Shown here one piece after another: positions 51,168-64,000 of a stretch of DNA of 64,000 bases (position 1 is its first letter; every line of letters starts with the position of its first letter). Below the pieces are notes generated by a model. That model worked only from the letters and a program-made list of their open reading frames with translations, searched no databases and was not told the origin of the DNA. Source of the stretch: Octopus bimaculoides. Its lineage: Eukaryota. The translations under genes were made by a program, and so were the position numbers. The stretch lies in contig NC_068984.1 of assembly GCF_001194135.2 (NCBI RefSeq), positions 69,766,715 through 69,830,714 of the forward strand, read 5' to 3'.

Positions 51168-51385
51168 CGAGGGGGTGGTGAAAAGTTCCTGACTTTGAGT
51201 AAAAGAAAATACAGGAGGATCAGTTAATTATGATTTTATTCAAAGTATTTTCCTCTCAGATTCACACATTTATTGCAGCAGTCCTTCAGTTATTCTAAAC
51301 CTTGTAAAAGAACTTGGAAGTTTTGGCCTTCAGCCAGGCTTTCATGAGACCTTTAAAGCCAGGAACTTTCCAGCATTCCCTCATG
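51168..51385. mobile_element. Mariner-derived MITE (~218 bp)
   Basis: TA|cgagggggtggtgaaaagttcctgacttt ... aaagccaggaactttccagcattccctcatg|TA; TA duplication at 51166-51167 and 51386-51387. Confidence 0.85.
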
Positions 51386-51944
51386 TATATCATCTAAGCT
51401 AATTTTCTTCCTAAATAGTAACACTATAACTTACTTGTTCTGTAAATTTCATATCTTTGTTAATCAGTTTTATGCCTCAGTAGTTATTTCTTCTTGAATA
51501 CCTCCTTTTCTCTTTCAGTGACTGACATTGACACTGTTAGGCAAGTAATTGGGGATCACATCTTTACAAATTTACAAATTATTGGACTGAGTATATGAAT
51601 AATTATTCTGTGTCTTACTTCGTCTGATATTTTCAGCTCTTCAGCAACTATTCCTGTTTGCCCAAATTTCCTTGTTTTCACCTCCTTAATGGCATTTTAA
51701 ATTTCAATAGCTGCTCCTGCTGTTCTGTTTGCTTGGGTAGTTCTTCTCTCTCTCTCTCATGCATTTTTCTCATTTTACAATGTCATGTAATATCATATCA
51801 TTTCCATGTATCTTTCTTCTCAGTATCAACGGTTCTGTGCATGCTTTTCACCAATGATGTCCAGATTCATAATGGCATGCTGCTTTGCAGTTTTAAATTA
51901 TTTATGATTCTCCCATCATAGAATACTCACCAGCATCTTACTTT

Positions 51945-52174
51945 GTGGAGGTGCATGGCTTAGTGGTTAAGGTCATAAGGCTGTGGTTTCAATTTCTGGA
52001 CTGGGCAACAACGTCGTGTTCCTAAGCAAAACACTTCACTTCACAGTGCTCCAGTCCATTCTGCTGGCAAAAATGAATAATCTTGTGACGGACTGGTATT
52101 CTGTCCAGCTGCGGAATTTATATGCCATGAAATCAGGAAAACAGCCCTCATGAGTCAACATGACTTTACCTCAG
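51945..52174 (+). mobile_element. SINE family D with TSD
   Basis: gtggaggtgcatggcttagtggtt...ctaagcaaaacacttcacttcac; 10-bp TSD atcttacttt at 51935-51944 and 52175-52184. Confidence 0.85.
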
Positions 52175-54639
52175 ATCTTACTTTCAGGTTTTTCCCTTGT
52201 TAAGTAGTCCTGACATCTAGCTTCCTTTCTGGCATTCTGATATTGTTCCTTGCTCTTATTTTTTCAGTCTTTCTAGGCAAATCTCTTAACTTTCATCACT
52301 CTGTCTACCATACCATTCCACCATGGTATCTCCCCTCTGTTTCTGGAACCTTACTTCATCTACAGGTGTGATCTGTGGGTCACTACAGGTTGTCTCACAA
52401 TAATTCCAGGTTGTCTTGTTATAGATCGCTATCTCCTCCTCTTTTCTAACAGAAGCATCACTTAATATATGTTTGAGCCTATTTATAGCTGAGATAGCTT
52501 TCAGCTTCCATATCTTTCTTCTCCATGAGGATAATGCTGTCCTGGATACATTATACTTGAGAAGAAAAAAGAAAATGAGGTGCTGATTGTTAGAATGCCA
52601 TTTGGATGAAAGAAACATTTGTTTTTACTTCCCAGAAGTCACACCATATATGTAATTCATATATTGTTATAATCTGGAATAGTTATCAAATCACCCAGAC
52701 ACACTCACATACATGCATGTATGCACACGCCCACACACATGAATACTTATCTTTGTAGCAGTAGCAATTTTGCCATAGCTGCTTGTCACAGACCATTGCT
52801 CATACTAATGTCAAAATATGTCTATATTTGCTTCAAGAGAATATAACATTGTTTTAGAGAATGACATTGTTCTTGCCTAATTAAGCAACAATATGGGATC
52901 ACTTCCACTCTGGTAAATTAGCAAGGGAACTGATATGTCAAAAACAATTTCATTCAATTCACTGTATGCCTTTTCATATGAGTATATTTCATATCAGTTT
53001 ATTAATTTTCTCTTATATAAGCATATGGGGTGAAACAATCCATTATATCTGCAATTGTGTTTCTTTTTCTCACCTAGCATGATAATCTCAATAGTAATGA
53101 AAAATTGTAAATGCCTCAGTAAACTCTGTTTTGTTTTTTTTTTATTTTTGCTTGATAGTTTATTTATTCATTTTGTTTCATGGGTTATCATTTTCAGCAG
53201 TATGCAAATATCAAAACAATGCATGCTACATTGCTCATAGCATCATATTAAATAGAAATTAATCCTCTGAGATTTAGAAATATTAAATATAAATAGCAAC
53301 AGCAGTGTTTCCACCTGCGCACACATTGTCTGAAAGTTACAGAAGCTTCTGATCAGAAAACATTAAAGCAATAGTGATGCAAAAGACTACTGAGTCAATC
53401 GTTAGAAAAAGATGTCTTTACTTGACATTATTTTGTTATCTTTATTTTTCTTTGACATGACATGTAATTGATAAGACTGGAGTTCTCCCACAAACAAAAC
53501 TTCAATGGAGATGGTATGGAATTGTACTTCAAATGTGAATCAACCTAGGAGAGCATTTTCAACCTGCAAACAATGCATGCTTTCCATTTATTAATACACA
53601 ATGTATTAAATTATTTGGCCTCTAATGATTTCCAGTTTCATGGTGTTTCAGCCTGCTTATGGTTTAAGATTGAACTCGATTCTGCATTTTTCACCAGCTC
53701 AAATTTAGATAACCATGCTACCAATTGCAATATTATTGTTGATTCATTTACTGATGAGTGCTACTTCAAAATGCAAACGAATCTTGACATTAACTTGAGT
53801 ACTCACATAGGGAAAGCAACCTGTTTGATATTATTTGTATTTAGTCTTTCATAAAAATTCTTACAGAAGTTTTGTTGAATATTATTCAAAACACCAGCTT
53901 CATAATGGGAAAATTAGTTATGTTACTAAATCTCTTCAAATACTTAATTATTTTCCAATTAAATCTGAATATATGGAACTTTTCAGTGGAAAAGGGTTAG
54001 AAAGCTGTGAAGTTGTGTTACACAATTGTAAAATGAATAAGCTTGGATGACTAGATAATTCCACTATCTCAAAATTATGTCAACTGATAAAAAGGGCAGA
54101 TTGTTTCCTTGACATCACATCATCAAACTAAATATCGATATGTTCCCTTATGTAATTTTATAGGATACAATAAATCTTATGAAATTTTAATGGGCACATT
54201 AATTCTATATTAAGCAAAACAGGAACAGTATTGGACTTGGACAGAAATGGATCATTTTCAGTTTATTTCATATCTTCTTTGTGTAGCATCACTGGATGCT
54301 GATGTTGTTTTCATGGATGTTTGCACTCTCTGAGTGCTCTTGTTATTATATGTTTTTTCTTTCTTTTACCTTTCTTTTTTTGCAATCGTATGTATTTCAA
54401 GTGTTCCACTGGTGTTTCTAGTAACTCTCTGTACTTATACAAGGCTGTCAAAATGTAATGAAAAGGTCATTTATTTTCTGTTCTGGCAATCTGTAAGCTT
54501 ATATCATGTGTAAAACCATTAAGAACTGAATGCAAAAAAAAAGGTCCTTTATACACATAAGGCAATCAAATAGGCACAAATTATCTTACAGTTTTTCTGT
54601 ACGCATGTATATACCCTTCCACATACATATGTAATTATA

Positions 54640-54667
54640 TGTTTGTGAGTGTATGTACATAAAAATG

Positions 54668-54721
<54 letters not shown>

Positions 54722-54912
54722 AATATAAACATTCTCACACATATATACAGTCATACATATATGTATATGTATGTATGCATACATACATACAGATAGATAG
54801 ATAGATAGATAAACATATGTATATTGATATATGCTTGCATACATATATGCATATACATTTGTATATTTATATGCGTATATGCATATGCATACATATATAT
54901 ACACACACACAC

Positions 54913-54965
<53 letters not shown>

Positions 54966-55150
54966 ACACACACACACATACACACACTCACACACATGCA
55001 TATATACTCATTTCCCACAATATATTATTGAGTCTATATGTGTATCTGTGTACTTCTTTAAAGAGAAAGACAGACAGACAGATAGAGAGAGAGAGGGAAA
55101 GAGAAAGAGAGAGAGAGTGGAAAGAGAGGGAAGAGAGAGAGAGGAGAGAG
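54640..55150. repeat. Compound (TA)n/(CA)n/(TAGA)n/(GA)n microsatellite field
   Basis: Visible directly. Confidence 0.95.
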
Positions 55151-55730
55151 AGATAGAAGGATGGAATGAAGGTGAGAGAGAAGCACTTATCTTAATAGAC
55201 AATTGAAAAGCTGCTTGCAATTATATTCAAATGAATCATTCTCGCATAGTAAAAGAAATTAGACAAAAACACCTTAAAAGATTAAAAGTCACACCTTTTT
55301 CAGAACTGACATGTACTTAATCTTGTTTTCTTAAAACAGCTTCAGTAGCTGTTTCAAAATAATTTACTGATGGACTCATAGTATAAAATCAAAAATTTTC
55401 TGTGATGGAACCATTGCAGATTCCTTCAGATATGTAGGGGTTGCGTTCAGTGTTTTTATTGCAAGTCCAATATAAGTGAAGTGAAAGCTTTCATTGCTTA
55501 TTATTATTATTGTTTGCAATATTTCCTTAAAACCAGGTTTTTGGCGAAGTCTTTGAGACAGATCTCATAGTACCAGATATCTTGGGTCATTTCCTCCCTG
55601 AAGTCTAGTTGACTTGCATGAAACCTCTGTGTTGTTGTTCAATTTACTAGAAATAGCAGTCATCATCTTCAAATCACACCCTGTCACCTTATCTTTTTAG
55701 CATTCTGATTTCGATGTCAAATGTTGTTGC

Positions 55731-55769
<39 letters not shown>

Positions 55770-55796
55770 CATCATTATTATTATCATTATTGTGGC

Positions 55797-56212
55797 TATA
55801 GGCACAGGAGTGGCTGTGTGCTAAGTACCTTGCTTACCAACCACATGGTCCCAGGTTCAGACCCACTGCATGGCACCTTGGGCAAGTGTCTTCTACTATA
55901 GCCTCAGGCTGACCAAAGCCTTGTGAGTGGATTTGGTAGATGGAAACTGAAAGAATCCCGTCATATATATGTATATATCTATATATATGTATATATCTAT
56001 ATATATGTATATGCGTGTATATGTTTGTGTGTCTGTGTTTGTCCCCCCAACATCGCTTGATAACCGATGCTGGTGTGGTTACATCCTCGTAACTTAGCAG
56101 TTTGGTAAAAGAGACCGATAGAATAAGTACTAGGCTTACAAAGTATTGGAGTCAATTTGCTTGACTAAAGGCGGTACTCCAGCATGGCCGCAGTCAAATG
56201 ACTGAAACAAGG
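55797..56212 (+). mobile_element. SINE family A, near-complete, young (best reference copy in the window)
   Basis: tRNA-like head with A-box-like tggctgtgtgctaag and B-box-like ggttcagaccc; ccttgggcaagtg; internal (TA)n; tail ggcggtactccagcatggccgcagtcaaatgactgaaacaag. Confidence 0.92.
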
Positions 56213-56232
56213 AAAAGGAAGAGTAAAGAGTA

Positions 56233-56297
<65 letters not shown>

Positions 56298-56329
56298 TAT
56301 TATTATCATTATTATTATTTATTATGGCT

Positions 56330-56765
56330 GGATTTCAACCCAGGTTGCTAAAAACAAAGTCCTCATCTTACATCACCATGAAGTGGGTTCCACAAGACTA
56401 ATTTGGATGTTTCCACTTCAGAGTGGAGCACACAGTGACTTGACTGTTGCAACTGTTTTGGCCTAATCTCGTTAACTTTTGGCAGATCTCCAGAAAGGCA
56501 TTCATTTGTCATATGCTGCTGCCATTTCACATTTAGGGCCATTCTTAACATCCATGTGTAGCATCGATTTCACCTGTTTGATAATTTCTTTGTCAGGGTC
56601 CATGTTTCGTTGATATATAATGGCACTGATTCAACAGTTGCAATGAACAGCTTGATTTTGATTTTCTTGGGCAATTTGGAGTTCCAGACCTTCTTTAGTT
56701 TGTGATAAGCTACCCATGCTTTTCCTTTCTTGATCTTGAAGTCTGCTTCCAAACTGCTCAGCCAA
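56330..56765 (-). mobile_element. RTE-clade LINE (second subfamily), RT C-terminal region, with (TAA)n tail at 56214-56330
   Basis: EADFKIKKGKAWVAYHKLKKVWNSKLPKKIKIKLFIATVESVPLYINETWTLTKKLSNR*NRCYTWMLRMALNVKWQQHMTNECLSGDLPKV..SHCVLHSEVETSKLVLWNPLHG; the LYG.ETW-like and MLR..L.V.W motifs are typical of RTE. Confidence 0.9.
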
Positions 56766-57989
56766 CCACTTATTTATTCTCTTTATCTCATACTCTGAGA
56801 TTAGCATGAAGTGACTGCTCATTTTTGGCATTACCAGGTAGATGTGTAAGTCTGGATCTGGCAAGTTTTAGTATAAAACTGACTGAATATTCGGGCCAGA
56901 TCTGGCCAGTTTAAATGCTAAAAGATTAAATAGTGATGATAACACTTAAACAGTGAAAATTAGATTATATGGTCTCTCTTAGTTCATGAAAATGGATTGT
57001 TAATGTTGGAACGTCACTGATCAGAGTTCTGTTGTTCAGGGCTGAACTGGAGTTAACCAACAACAACAATCTCTCCAAAAGCCTTTTATGAAATTTCCCC
57101 ATTCTTTTTACCTTATATAAATCAGATAATCACAAATTATCCATAGTATGGTGAAAATATTGTCTTTCTTAGTTATCTATCTTGAGGAGCCTTTATGAAG
57201 TAGCTTGATCTACTGGAAGTAGCAACCAAATCTTCCTGAAAACCATACTCTTAGAAAGGAAGGACACACCAGATAATGTCCTTGGAAATAAGATTGAATG
57301 TTTACAATTGAACTGCCTTTGGTTATATGTTTACTTATTCGGGTTTATTGTGGGGTTAAACAATAACAACATTTAAACACCCATTTGAACCACAAATGTA
57401 GCTGCACTCTGAACTGCATTCATTGATAAAAATATCTTTTTTATTGTTGCTGTCCCATAGCTGATTAAGTTAGCGATGTAACATATGTAACTGATAATTC
57501 TAAGTGTGTTTTTGTTACCAGCTGTAGTAGTAGTATGGGAGCATGTGCTGTAACAGTACATCACTGCACCCACCATTTGTTGGTGACTCCATTCTATTCC
57601 TGGCAGATTATGCCTTTGTCCCACTCAGGTGACAACTCACCGGTCCATGTGTCTGTTTGGGTAGTCATTGCTGGTGAAGGTCTAACAAGATTGGAGTGAA
57701 AATCATACCTCAACCTCTTTTAGTCAATTTGTACAACATGGAGGTGAAACGTTGGGTCTATTCTTTGATATGCCAGTCCCCACACACCATTAAAGCAATG
57801 TGAAATGAAGTATTTTGCTCAAGAACACAACATGTCTGGGTATGAAACCCATGATCTGATGAGCATGAGAGCAGCACCTTAATTACAAAGCTATGTGCCT
57901 TTCTTATCAGTGAATAATCTTTGTTGCCAATTTGTTCACTATGTTACATTTAAGGATCACTAAAACAGTTGATTAAGTGCTTAAATGTC

Positions 57990-58260
57990 TCAGGCCATGT
58001 TCAAAGCACCCATGCCAGCACTACATGAAAGCATCTGCACCAGTGTCACATAAAAGGCACCCTCTGTAAAGTGGTTGGCATTAGGAAGGGCATCCAACTG
58101 TAGATACCAAGCCAAATCAGACGAAGACCTGGTGCTGCTCTCCTGCTTACTAGCTCTGGTCAAACTGTCCAACCCATGTCAGCTTGGAAAACAGACATAA
58201 AATGATAATGATGATGATAATGATGTCAACAACGATAATGATGACGATGACGATGAAGAT
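57990..58260 (+). mobile_element. RTE-type 3' UTR/tail
   Basis: gtggttggcattaggaagggcatccaactgtag...aactgtccaacccatgtcagcttggaaaacagac...gatgatgat. Confidence 0.8.
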
Positions 58261-58834
58261 GAAGCAGAGGACTTGTTCATAAGATACACTTGTTACTAAA
58301 TCATACTCTAAATTTAGTGTCAAATCTTGATATAAAAAATTTTCCTATTCATGATTTCTTAGCTTAGCCATGTTTATAAATCAAACTAGTTTAAAACCAA
58401 GTATAAAATAGTGTGATTTATACATAAATAAATACAGTATGGCTATCGTTTTTCACATTATTAACCTCTTCTTCAGAAATGGATCATGTCTCTTAATTAT
58501 ATTCACCTCTAAATTTAACTTTAATTGTTTCATATATGATTGTCATTAGGTTTTATTCCTGGCTATGCACATAATACCAGGCTGAAACTGAACTATGAAC
58601 TTTATTTCTAATGTAAGGTAGTAAACAGGCTACTTAACTATATCACTTATGAATATTCCTAGATACCTGATTATGACTGGAGATTAACTAATTGAAACAT
58701 AATGTAGATATTAACATTATAGCAAATTTTCATCCCTGAAGATGAGGATAATAGTTCAACAAGTTGTAGTTGATTTCAAAAGTTAATTCAGTATCAGTCA
58801 GTCTACATTTTATTTTGGCTTACTAGATTCAATG

Positions 58835-59218
58835 TGGAGGTGCAATGGCCCAGTGGTTAGGGCAGCGGACTCGCGGTCGTAGGATCATGGTTTCCATTCC
58901 CAGACCGGGCGTTGTGAGTGTTTATTGAGCGAAAACACCTAAAGCTCCACGAGGCTCTGGCAGGGGATGGTGGCGAACTCTGCTGTACTCTTTCACCACA
59001 GCTTTCTCTCACTCTTACTTCCTGTTTCTGTTGTGCCTGTAATTCAAAGGGTCAGCCTTGTCACACTGTGTCACACTGAATATCCCTGAGATATACGTTA
59101 AGGGTACACGTGTCTGTGGAGTGCTCAGTCACTTGCACGTTAATTTCATGAGCAGGCTGTTCTGTTGATCGGATCAACTAGAACCCTCGATGTCATAAGC
59201 GACGGAGTGCCAACAACA
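58835..59218 (+). mobile_element. SINE family C, full-length, young, with TSD
   Basis: tRNA-like head tggaggtgcaatggcccagtggttagggcagcggactcgcggtc; (CAA)n tail; 13-bp TSD actagattcaatg at 58822-58834 and 59219-59231. Confidence 0.93.
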
Positions 59219-62200
59219 ACTAGATTCAATGCCTAAAATATTCTGTATTGTTTTATGAACATTTTGTCATACTCTGAAAAGGGGAATAAATTATATCTTG
59301 TAGCAATTGTTTATGCAGCTGGGTTCTGCTGCTATAACTAATCAATAGCTATAGTTGGGTTACATACACAAATTAGGAGAAAAGCATTAGAAGTTTGCTA
59401 GCGTTAGTATTTGGACAAGCAAGAGAGACAAATCTGAATATTTGTATGGCTTTGTAGCCCTCATTAGTGGAAGTATAACCTTTGCCCTTGTTTGCTGGTC
59501 TTCAAAATATTCACTTATTTTGGGAAATGAAATTAATTTTGATTCCAAAACCAATGAAATTATCAAACATTTTTTTTTTTAACAAAACAGTTCATTTCAG
59601 GTATAATATCAACCTGGCTCTAATATCTAATGGTAAGTGATATTTTTTAATTGTTAAAAGATATAAGAGAAATTTAAGATTAAGTAGTCCATCCATTCTG
59701 ATATCTTGGAGCTGACTTCACATTCTTGTTGTTAATTCCTCTTGAGACAACCACTTATTCTGCACTTGGAAGTAAGAAATCTTCTTTGACCAAGTTATAG
59801 TGAATCAGTTGAGAATTTCACTATAGAATTAGATATACTTATAAATAAATGAACTGCTGTAAATCATTCCAAACTTTACATGACTAATAACAAATCATTT
59901 ATCTCGAGTTATCTTTATATCTTAATTTACACAAAGGTCAAAAATATGAAAGATACAGTCAGCTACAAATTTGCATTCAAGTGGTTTATGAATGAAATAG
60001 ATGGCTAAGCAGTTTTGTTGTTAAGGACAAGTTGTTATTTCCAGTGACTTAATTTCTGTCTCTTGGGAATAAATGTAAAGTAAAGTGGAATCAAATACAA
60101 ATGAAACGAGAATAAAAATTAGTTTTAAAATCTGTCAAAAAGTTTTAACATGAAAGCAGAAGTTTTACATTTTCTATATAACATTAATTTTCAAGGACTT
60201 ATTATTTGGCTGTGTGATGTCATTCTGAAGTTCATTTTAAAAATAATGCATTGAAATGTAATCAAGAAAGAAAAGGTTTTGTCTGCTAATCAATAATATT
60301 GAAGATAGCTTGTTACAAAATGTCAGTCTTGTCTTTAAGCTCTTCAAAAATCTCAACCAAAGATAACAAAACTGTCATCATCTCGTGCTTGTTACCATTA
60401 ACTATGAATAAAAAGAAGGTATTAACTCATAATGACTAAAAGAATCTGCCAAAATTTAAATATTTGCTTATTTGGTATCCATTTTTGTTTTATCTTTATG
60501 CAATGACATTAGTGTAAGAACACTGGATAATTATTCTTTTTTCTTTTTTTTTTCTCTCTTTCATCAGTTTTTTTTTACCTTCCTATAAATTTAACATATG
60601 AATAAGTTGCTCTTCAGTTAATATTTCAGTTTTCCTGAACCCAAAATTCTTCATAGAATTAAGTCTTGAAATTTCAAAAACAACCCCTATTATTAACAGC
60701 TGGATCAAGAGTTCAACAAAACTATTGTTCATTATTTTGAGCAAAGAAATTGACTGAGTAGTTACTAGAATAAATTCCCATTCATATTATTTGTGTAACA
60801 GCAATAAATTAAGTGGACAACACCAGCTCTTTAGAAATTATTTTCTTTTTATCAGTTTTAGTATGAGTGCCATGGCGTTTGTAGACACAAATCTCTCTTG
60901 GCTAGACATTAAACTAAAAACCTTAATCTTTTCTTATACTTAGCAATTACGGTGTATGGCCATTAACTCTTTAGATCTTGTGGCTTATTTGCTTTTGCAA
61001 ATCCACAAGTCATAACAGTAAAATAAGCAGTCTAGGCCTTTCCACATACAATAGAATTTTTAAAGAATTCACAAATAAGCATCATGAATAAGCACTTCCT
61101 AATGCATTAACTAATATCAAAGATTCTTTTCAATAACAAATTCAGAAGAAAACCATTTTAGATGTTAGAAAAATGTTTTTCCAAATTTACTATTTGAGAG
61201 CATATATTTTATACTTTACAATGTTTTTTTTTATATATATATTTTAAGAATATGTTATGGAACCAACAAATAGTAAGCTAAAAAAAAGTGTAGTGCTTTA
61301 AAATTTTGAAAATGTAGAAAAATAGAATAGAATCAAATTCTTAATTGCAGAACAATTTAAATGAAAATTTACTTAGCAGAAATTTGCAAAAGTTAGTTGT
61401 GAGTGATGTAACTTTAAAACAAACTGTACATGAATTTATTTATCTGGTGATGACAACAACTAGCAACTGGATTGAATTCGCTTCAAAAGGAATTAAACGG
61501 GGTTACTCAGCAGCAACAGCAACACCAAATAAAACTTTAAAATGTCGTTTGCTGTGTTCCAAGCAATTTTTACATTTTTATTCCCTTTTGATCAGAAAAT
61601 TCTAACTGGTCTGTTGAACCAGCTTCAAGTAGAACCCTTGTTAACTTTGATTTTATTGCTTGATGTTGCTCTAGCATACTATAGAGCATATCTGAAGATG
61701 TTTTTAGCTAACACTCTATAGAGCAACTCATCTATATGCAACATCTTCACAGACTGAAAAGCAGTCTGAAAATTGATCAATTTCAGTTCTTTAATTCAGA
61801 TTTCATCAGTGCCTATGCAGCTTATTTAACTCATTATCATCATTTTCATCATCATTGTTGCCACCAACACCACCAACACCAACACCAGCACCAGTATCAG
61901 CATGATCTTCATCATCATCATCATCATAACAGTATCATCATCATTTAATGTTCATTTTCTATGCTGGCGTACATTGGATGTTTTTACACAATCCAATGAA
62001 CCAGTATATTTGTATTAGAATAATATTGCATGTGTGTGCATCATGTTCATGCAATTTTGTAATGATTTTGAAAAATATTTTGCCTTACCATTTGCTCTCA
62101 TGCCATTACAGGATAATTAAATGTAACTCTGTGAAGAACCCCACAGAGTATTTCAGAGTTAAGGCACAGTTGAAAAACTGTCAGCAACATTGCATACACT

Positions 62201-62457
62201 GAAATTTTCCAGTGTTAAAACATTTTCAAAGCATTTAATCATTTTGTGGAAAGATATTTCTTGATTGCCTGTCAGTTAGTGCTTTTTTTCTGTGAGATAT
62301 CTTGGCTGTCAGTGACCAGTTATCATAAATGAAAGATACTTTTCTATTCAGATCAAACTTCTATTCAGATCAAATTTAAAGGTTCAACATGATCTCCCAA
62401 CAAAACTAGTCAGAAATCAAACCCTGCCAGCTTTTAAGAAAGAACTCATTGAATAAT

Positions 62458-62672
62458 CTCTTTTACTAAAGGCACAAGGCCTGAAATTTTGAGGGAGAAG
62501 ACTTGTCAATTACATCGACTTCAGTGTTTCACTAGTACTTAATTTATTGACCCCAAAAGGATGAAAAGCAAAGCTGACCTCATCAGAATTTGAACACAGA
62601 ATGTAAGGATGGATGAAATGCCGCAAAGCATTTTGCCTGGTGTGCTAATGATTTTGCCAGTTTACCACCTTA
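62458..62672 (-). mobile_element. SINE family B, full-length with TSD
   Basis: TSD actca(t/a)tgaataat at 62444-62457 and 62674-62687. Confidence 0.88.
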
Positions 62673-63334
62673 GACTCAATGAATAATGCACTATAAGATA
62701 CACTTGGAGTGCTTTTGATCATAAGTTTGATGTATTAGGGCAGAACTGGGGCTAACCAGCAGCAACTATTACTTCTAAATAATGTTTTAGCAATTTGCTG
62801 TCAGTAATTTTATTTGTTAAATCTGTTACTTTATTGATATACAAATATTTGAGACAACCAAAGGAATTAACCTTCTATCATACTATCAAAGAAAAATTTA
62901 AATTTCAACATGGTATTTTCCTGTGTTAATGTATTTAATATTTAGAAGACGACTCTGTATCACTAACACAAATTTTATTTTGGGAAAACATATTAATTAT
63001 CCATTATGAGTTAACCACAGACATTTATTTAAATTCAATTAATAGATTAAAAGTTTAAAAGTCTTCCAATGGATATTGACAGTCATTTAATTCTACAGTA
63101 ATTTAATTTTAATGATAATTGTAAGAACAGCTTGCACTCTTTGATAAACATTAAGCATGTACTCTTTTTAATACTTTAGTAATTTCCGTTTGTGAATTAT
63201 GTCTGAGCTGGGGCACTACCTGTATGAGTTTTAGTTGACTGCATCAATTCCCATTATATATGTCAGTTAGTTTATTGTTTTTCTAAGGTTAAACTAATTT
63301 GACTTTCAATTTAACAAGATGCAACTCAACATAT

Positions 63335-63492
63335 TGTGTGGTAGGTAGCTTGCTTGCCAGTCACATAGTTCCGGGTTCATCCCCACTGCGTGGCATCATG
63401 GGGGAGTATCTTCTGCTATAGCCTCGGGTCGACCAGGGCCTTGTGAGTGGATTTGTTAGACGGAAACTGAAAGAAGCCTGTCGTGTATGTGT
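63335..63492 (+). mobile_element. SINE family A, 5' half
   Basis: tgtgtggtaggtagcttgcttgcc...ccgggttcatccccactgcgtggc...gacggaaactgaaagaagcctgtcg. Confidence 0.9.
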
Positions 63493-64000
63493 ACGCCCCA
63501 ACCCACAACCCGACACCTCCACACCCATTCGTCTGGCCGAACTTGTCCTATCTCTCAACTGCTTCTCGTTCGCGGGAGATATCTACCAGCATTCTCGGGA
63601 GTGGCCATGGGGACGAGAATGGGCCCCAACTACGCNNNNNNNNNNCTGTCCCCTTTCTCGACATTTCGGTCAGCATCCTCCACTCCGCCCTTAGCACCTC
63701 CATCCACTACAAACACACAGACTCACACTCCTATCTCAACTTCTCCTCCTCCCACCCTAGACACACAAAACTGTCCATCCCCTATTCCTAATACCTCCGT
63801 CTACGCAGACTTTGTAGCGACAGCCATGACTTTGGGACTCAGTCTCAACTCATGGCTCACCACTTTAGCCTGCGAGGATATCCACCCACCACCATCCACA
63901 CCGCCCTTGCCAGAGCACGTTCTGTGGACCGTGCATCTGCTCTCTCCCCCCGAACTCGCCCTGCCGTTTCCCGCCTCCCTTTTCCCCTCACCTACCATCC
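63493..64000 (+). mobile_element. Penelope-like element (PLE) reverse transcriptase fragment, recently inactivated; continues past the window
   Basis: RPNPQPDTSTPIRLAELVLSLNCFSFAGDIYQH/(fs)SGVAMGTRMGPNYA (gap) VPFLDISVSILHSALSTSIHYKHTDSHSYLNFSSSHPRHTKLSIPYS*YLRLRRLCSDSHDFGTQSQLMAHHFSLRGYPPTTIHTAL. G.AMG, PFLD and Y.K.T..YL...S.HP are PLE RT motifs. GC- and CpG-rich. Confidence 0.93.

Larger units (their letters stand above)
50900..52540 (-). mobile_element. Old RTE-clade LINE relic (post-endonuclease linker and RT N-terminal part) interrupted by a SINE and a MITE
   Basis: Across frames: RRKIWKLK...EEEIAIYN...WN, PWWNGMVDRVMKVKRFA*KD*KNKSKEQYQNARKEAR, EI*NAIKEVKTRK..GIVAEELKISD, LDD(ins)FGF. 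All appear in the order expected for RTE ORF2. Confidence 0.75.

Noticed and set aside
52286-52618. 110-aa minus ORF with a good polypyrimidine/AG acceptor, resembling a host exon
   Set aside because: Its frames reproduce RTE ORF2 linker motifs (IWKLK, WWN..VDR..K..A.KD.K), and it is collinear with further RTE fragments to the left.
53573-53854. 93-aa plus ORF
   Set aside because: IVDSFT...LDINLSTHIGKA resembles a decayed RTE motif (VDSFTYLGS...LD.EI..RIGKA); not a host gene.
58835-58910. tRNA-like sequence that could be called a tRNA gene
   Set aside because: It continues into a 300-bp SINE body with tail and TSD and has a dispersed copy at 33914-34297. The same reasoning applies to the family A, B and D heads.
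59400-59580. Frame with a hydrophobic stretch (SEYLYGFVALISGSITFALVCWSSKY)
   Set aside because: No splice signals or family similarity recognised; T-rich DNA readily yields hydrophobic peptides.
61345-61605. 86-aa plus ORF preceded by ttgcag
   Set aside because: No recognisable domain, no convincing donor site, and the composition matches AT-rich background.
62340-62376. 17-bp tandem duplication ttctattcagatcaaa
   Set aside because: Simple two-copy slippage with no further structure.

Overview
This is AT-rich, repeat-dense eukaryotic DNA from a scaffold-level assembly, with ten N gaps totalling about 4.7 kb. The SINE families and microsatellite load point to an octopus (coleoid cephalopod) genome; this is inferred from repeat content, not a database hit. 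I found no host protein-coding exon, true tRNA/rRNA gene or CRISPR array. The ORF-track entries are microsatellite translations, N-gap read-throughs or decayed transposon fragments, so the window is most likely intergenic or within a large intron. Supported content: at least five tRNA-like or tailed SINE families (labelled A-E here; published names not assigned), and RTE-clade LINE fragments including a ~1.6 kb nested relic at 50.9-52.5 kb. There is also a young Penelope-like RT fragment at the right edge, two Tc1/mariner relics (DD41D-like and DD37D-like), hAT-, mariner- and TTAA-type MITEs, and a Helitron Rep fragment with an intact 3' terminus. I do not see a clear new biological system. 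The best second-look items are a 72-bp-arm hairpin, a 64-bp long-range inverted repeat, a head-to-tail SINE array, conserved stem-loop modules in the RTE 3' UTR, an in-frame minisatellite inside an RT domain, an inverted RTE with a MITE at the junction, and recurrent chimeric junctions at the SINE-internal microsatellite.
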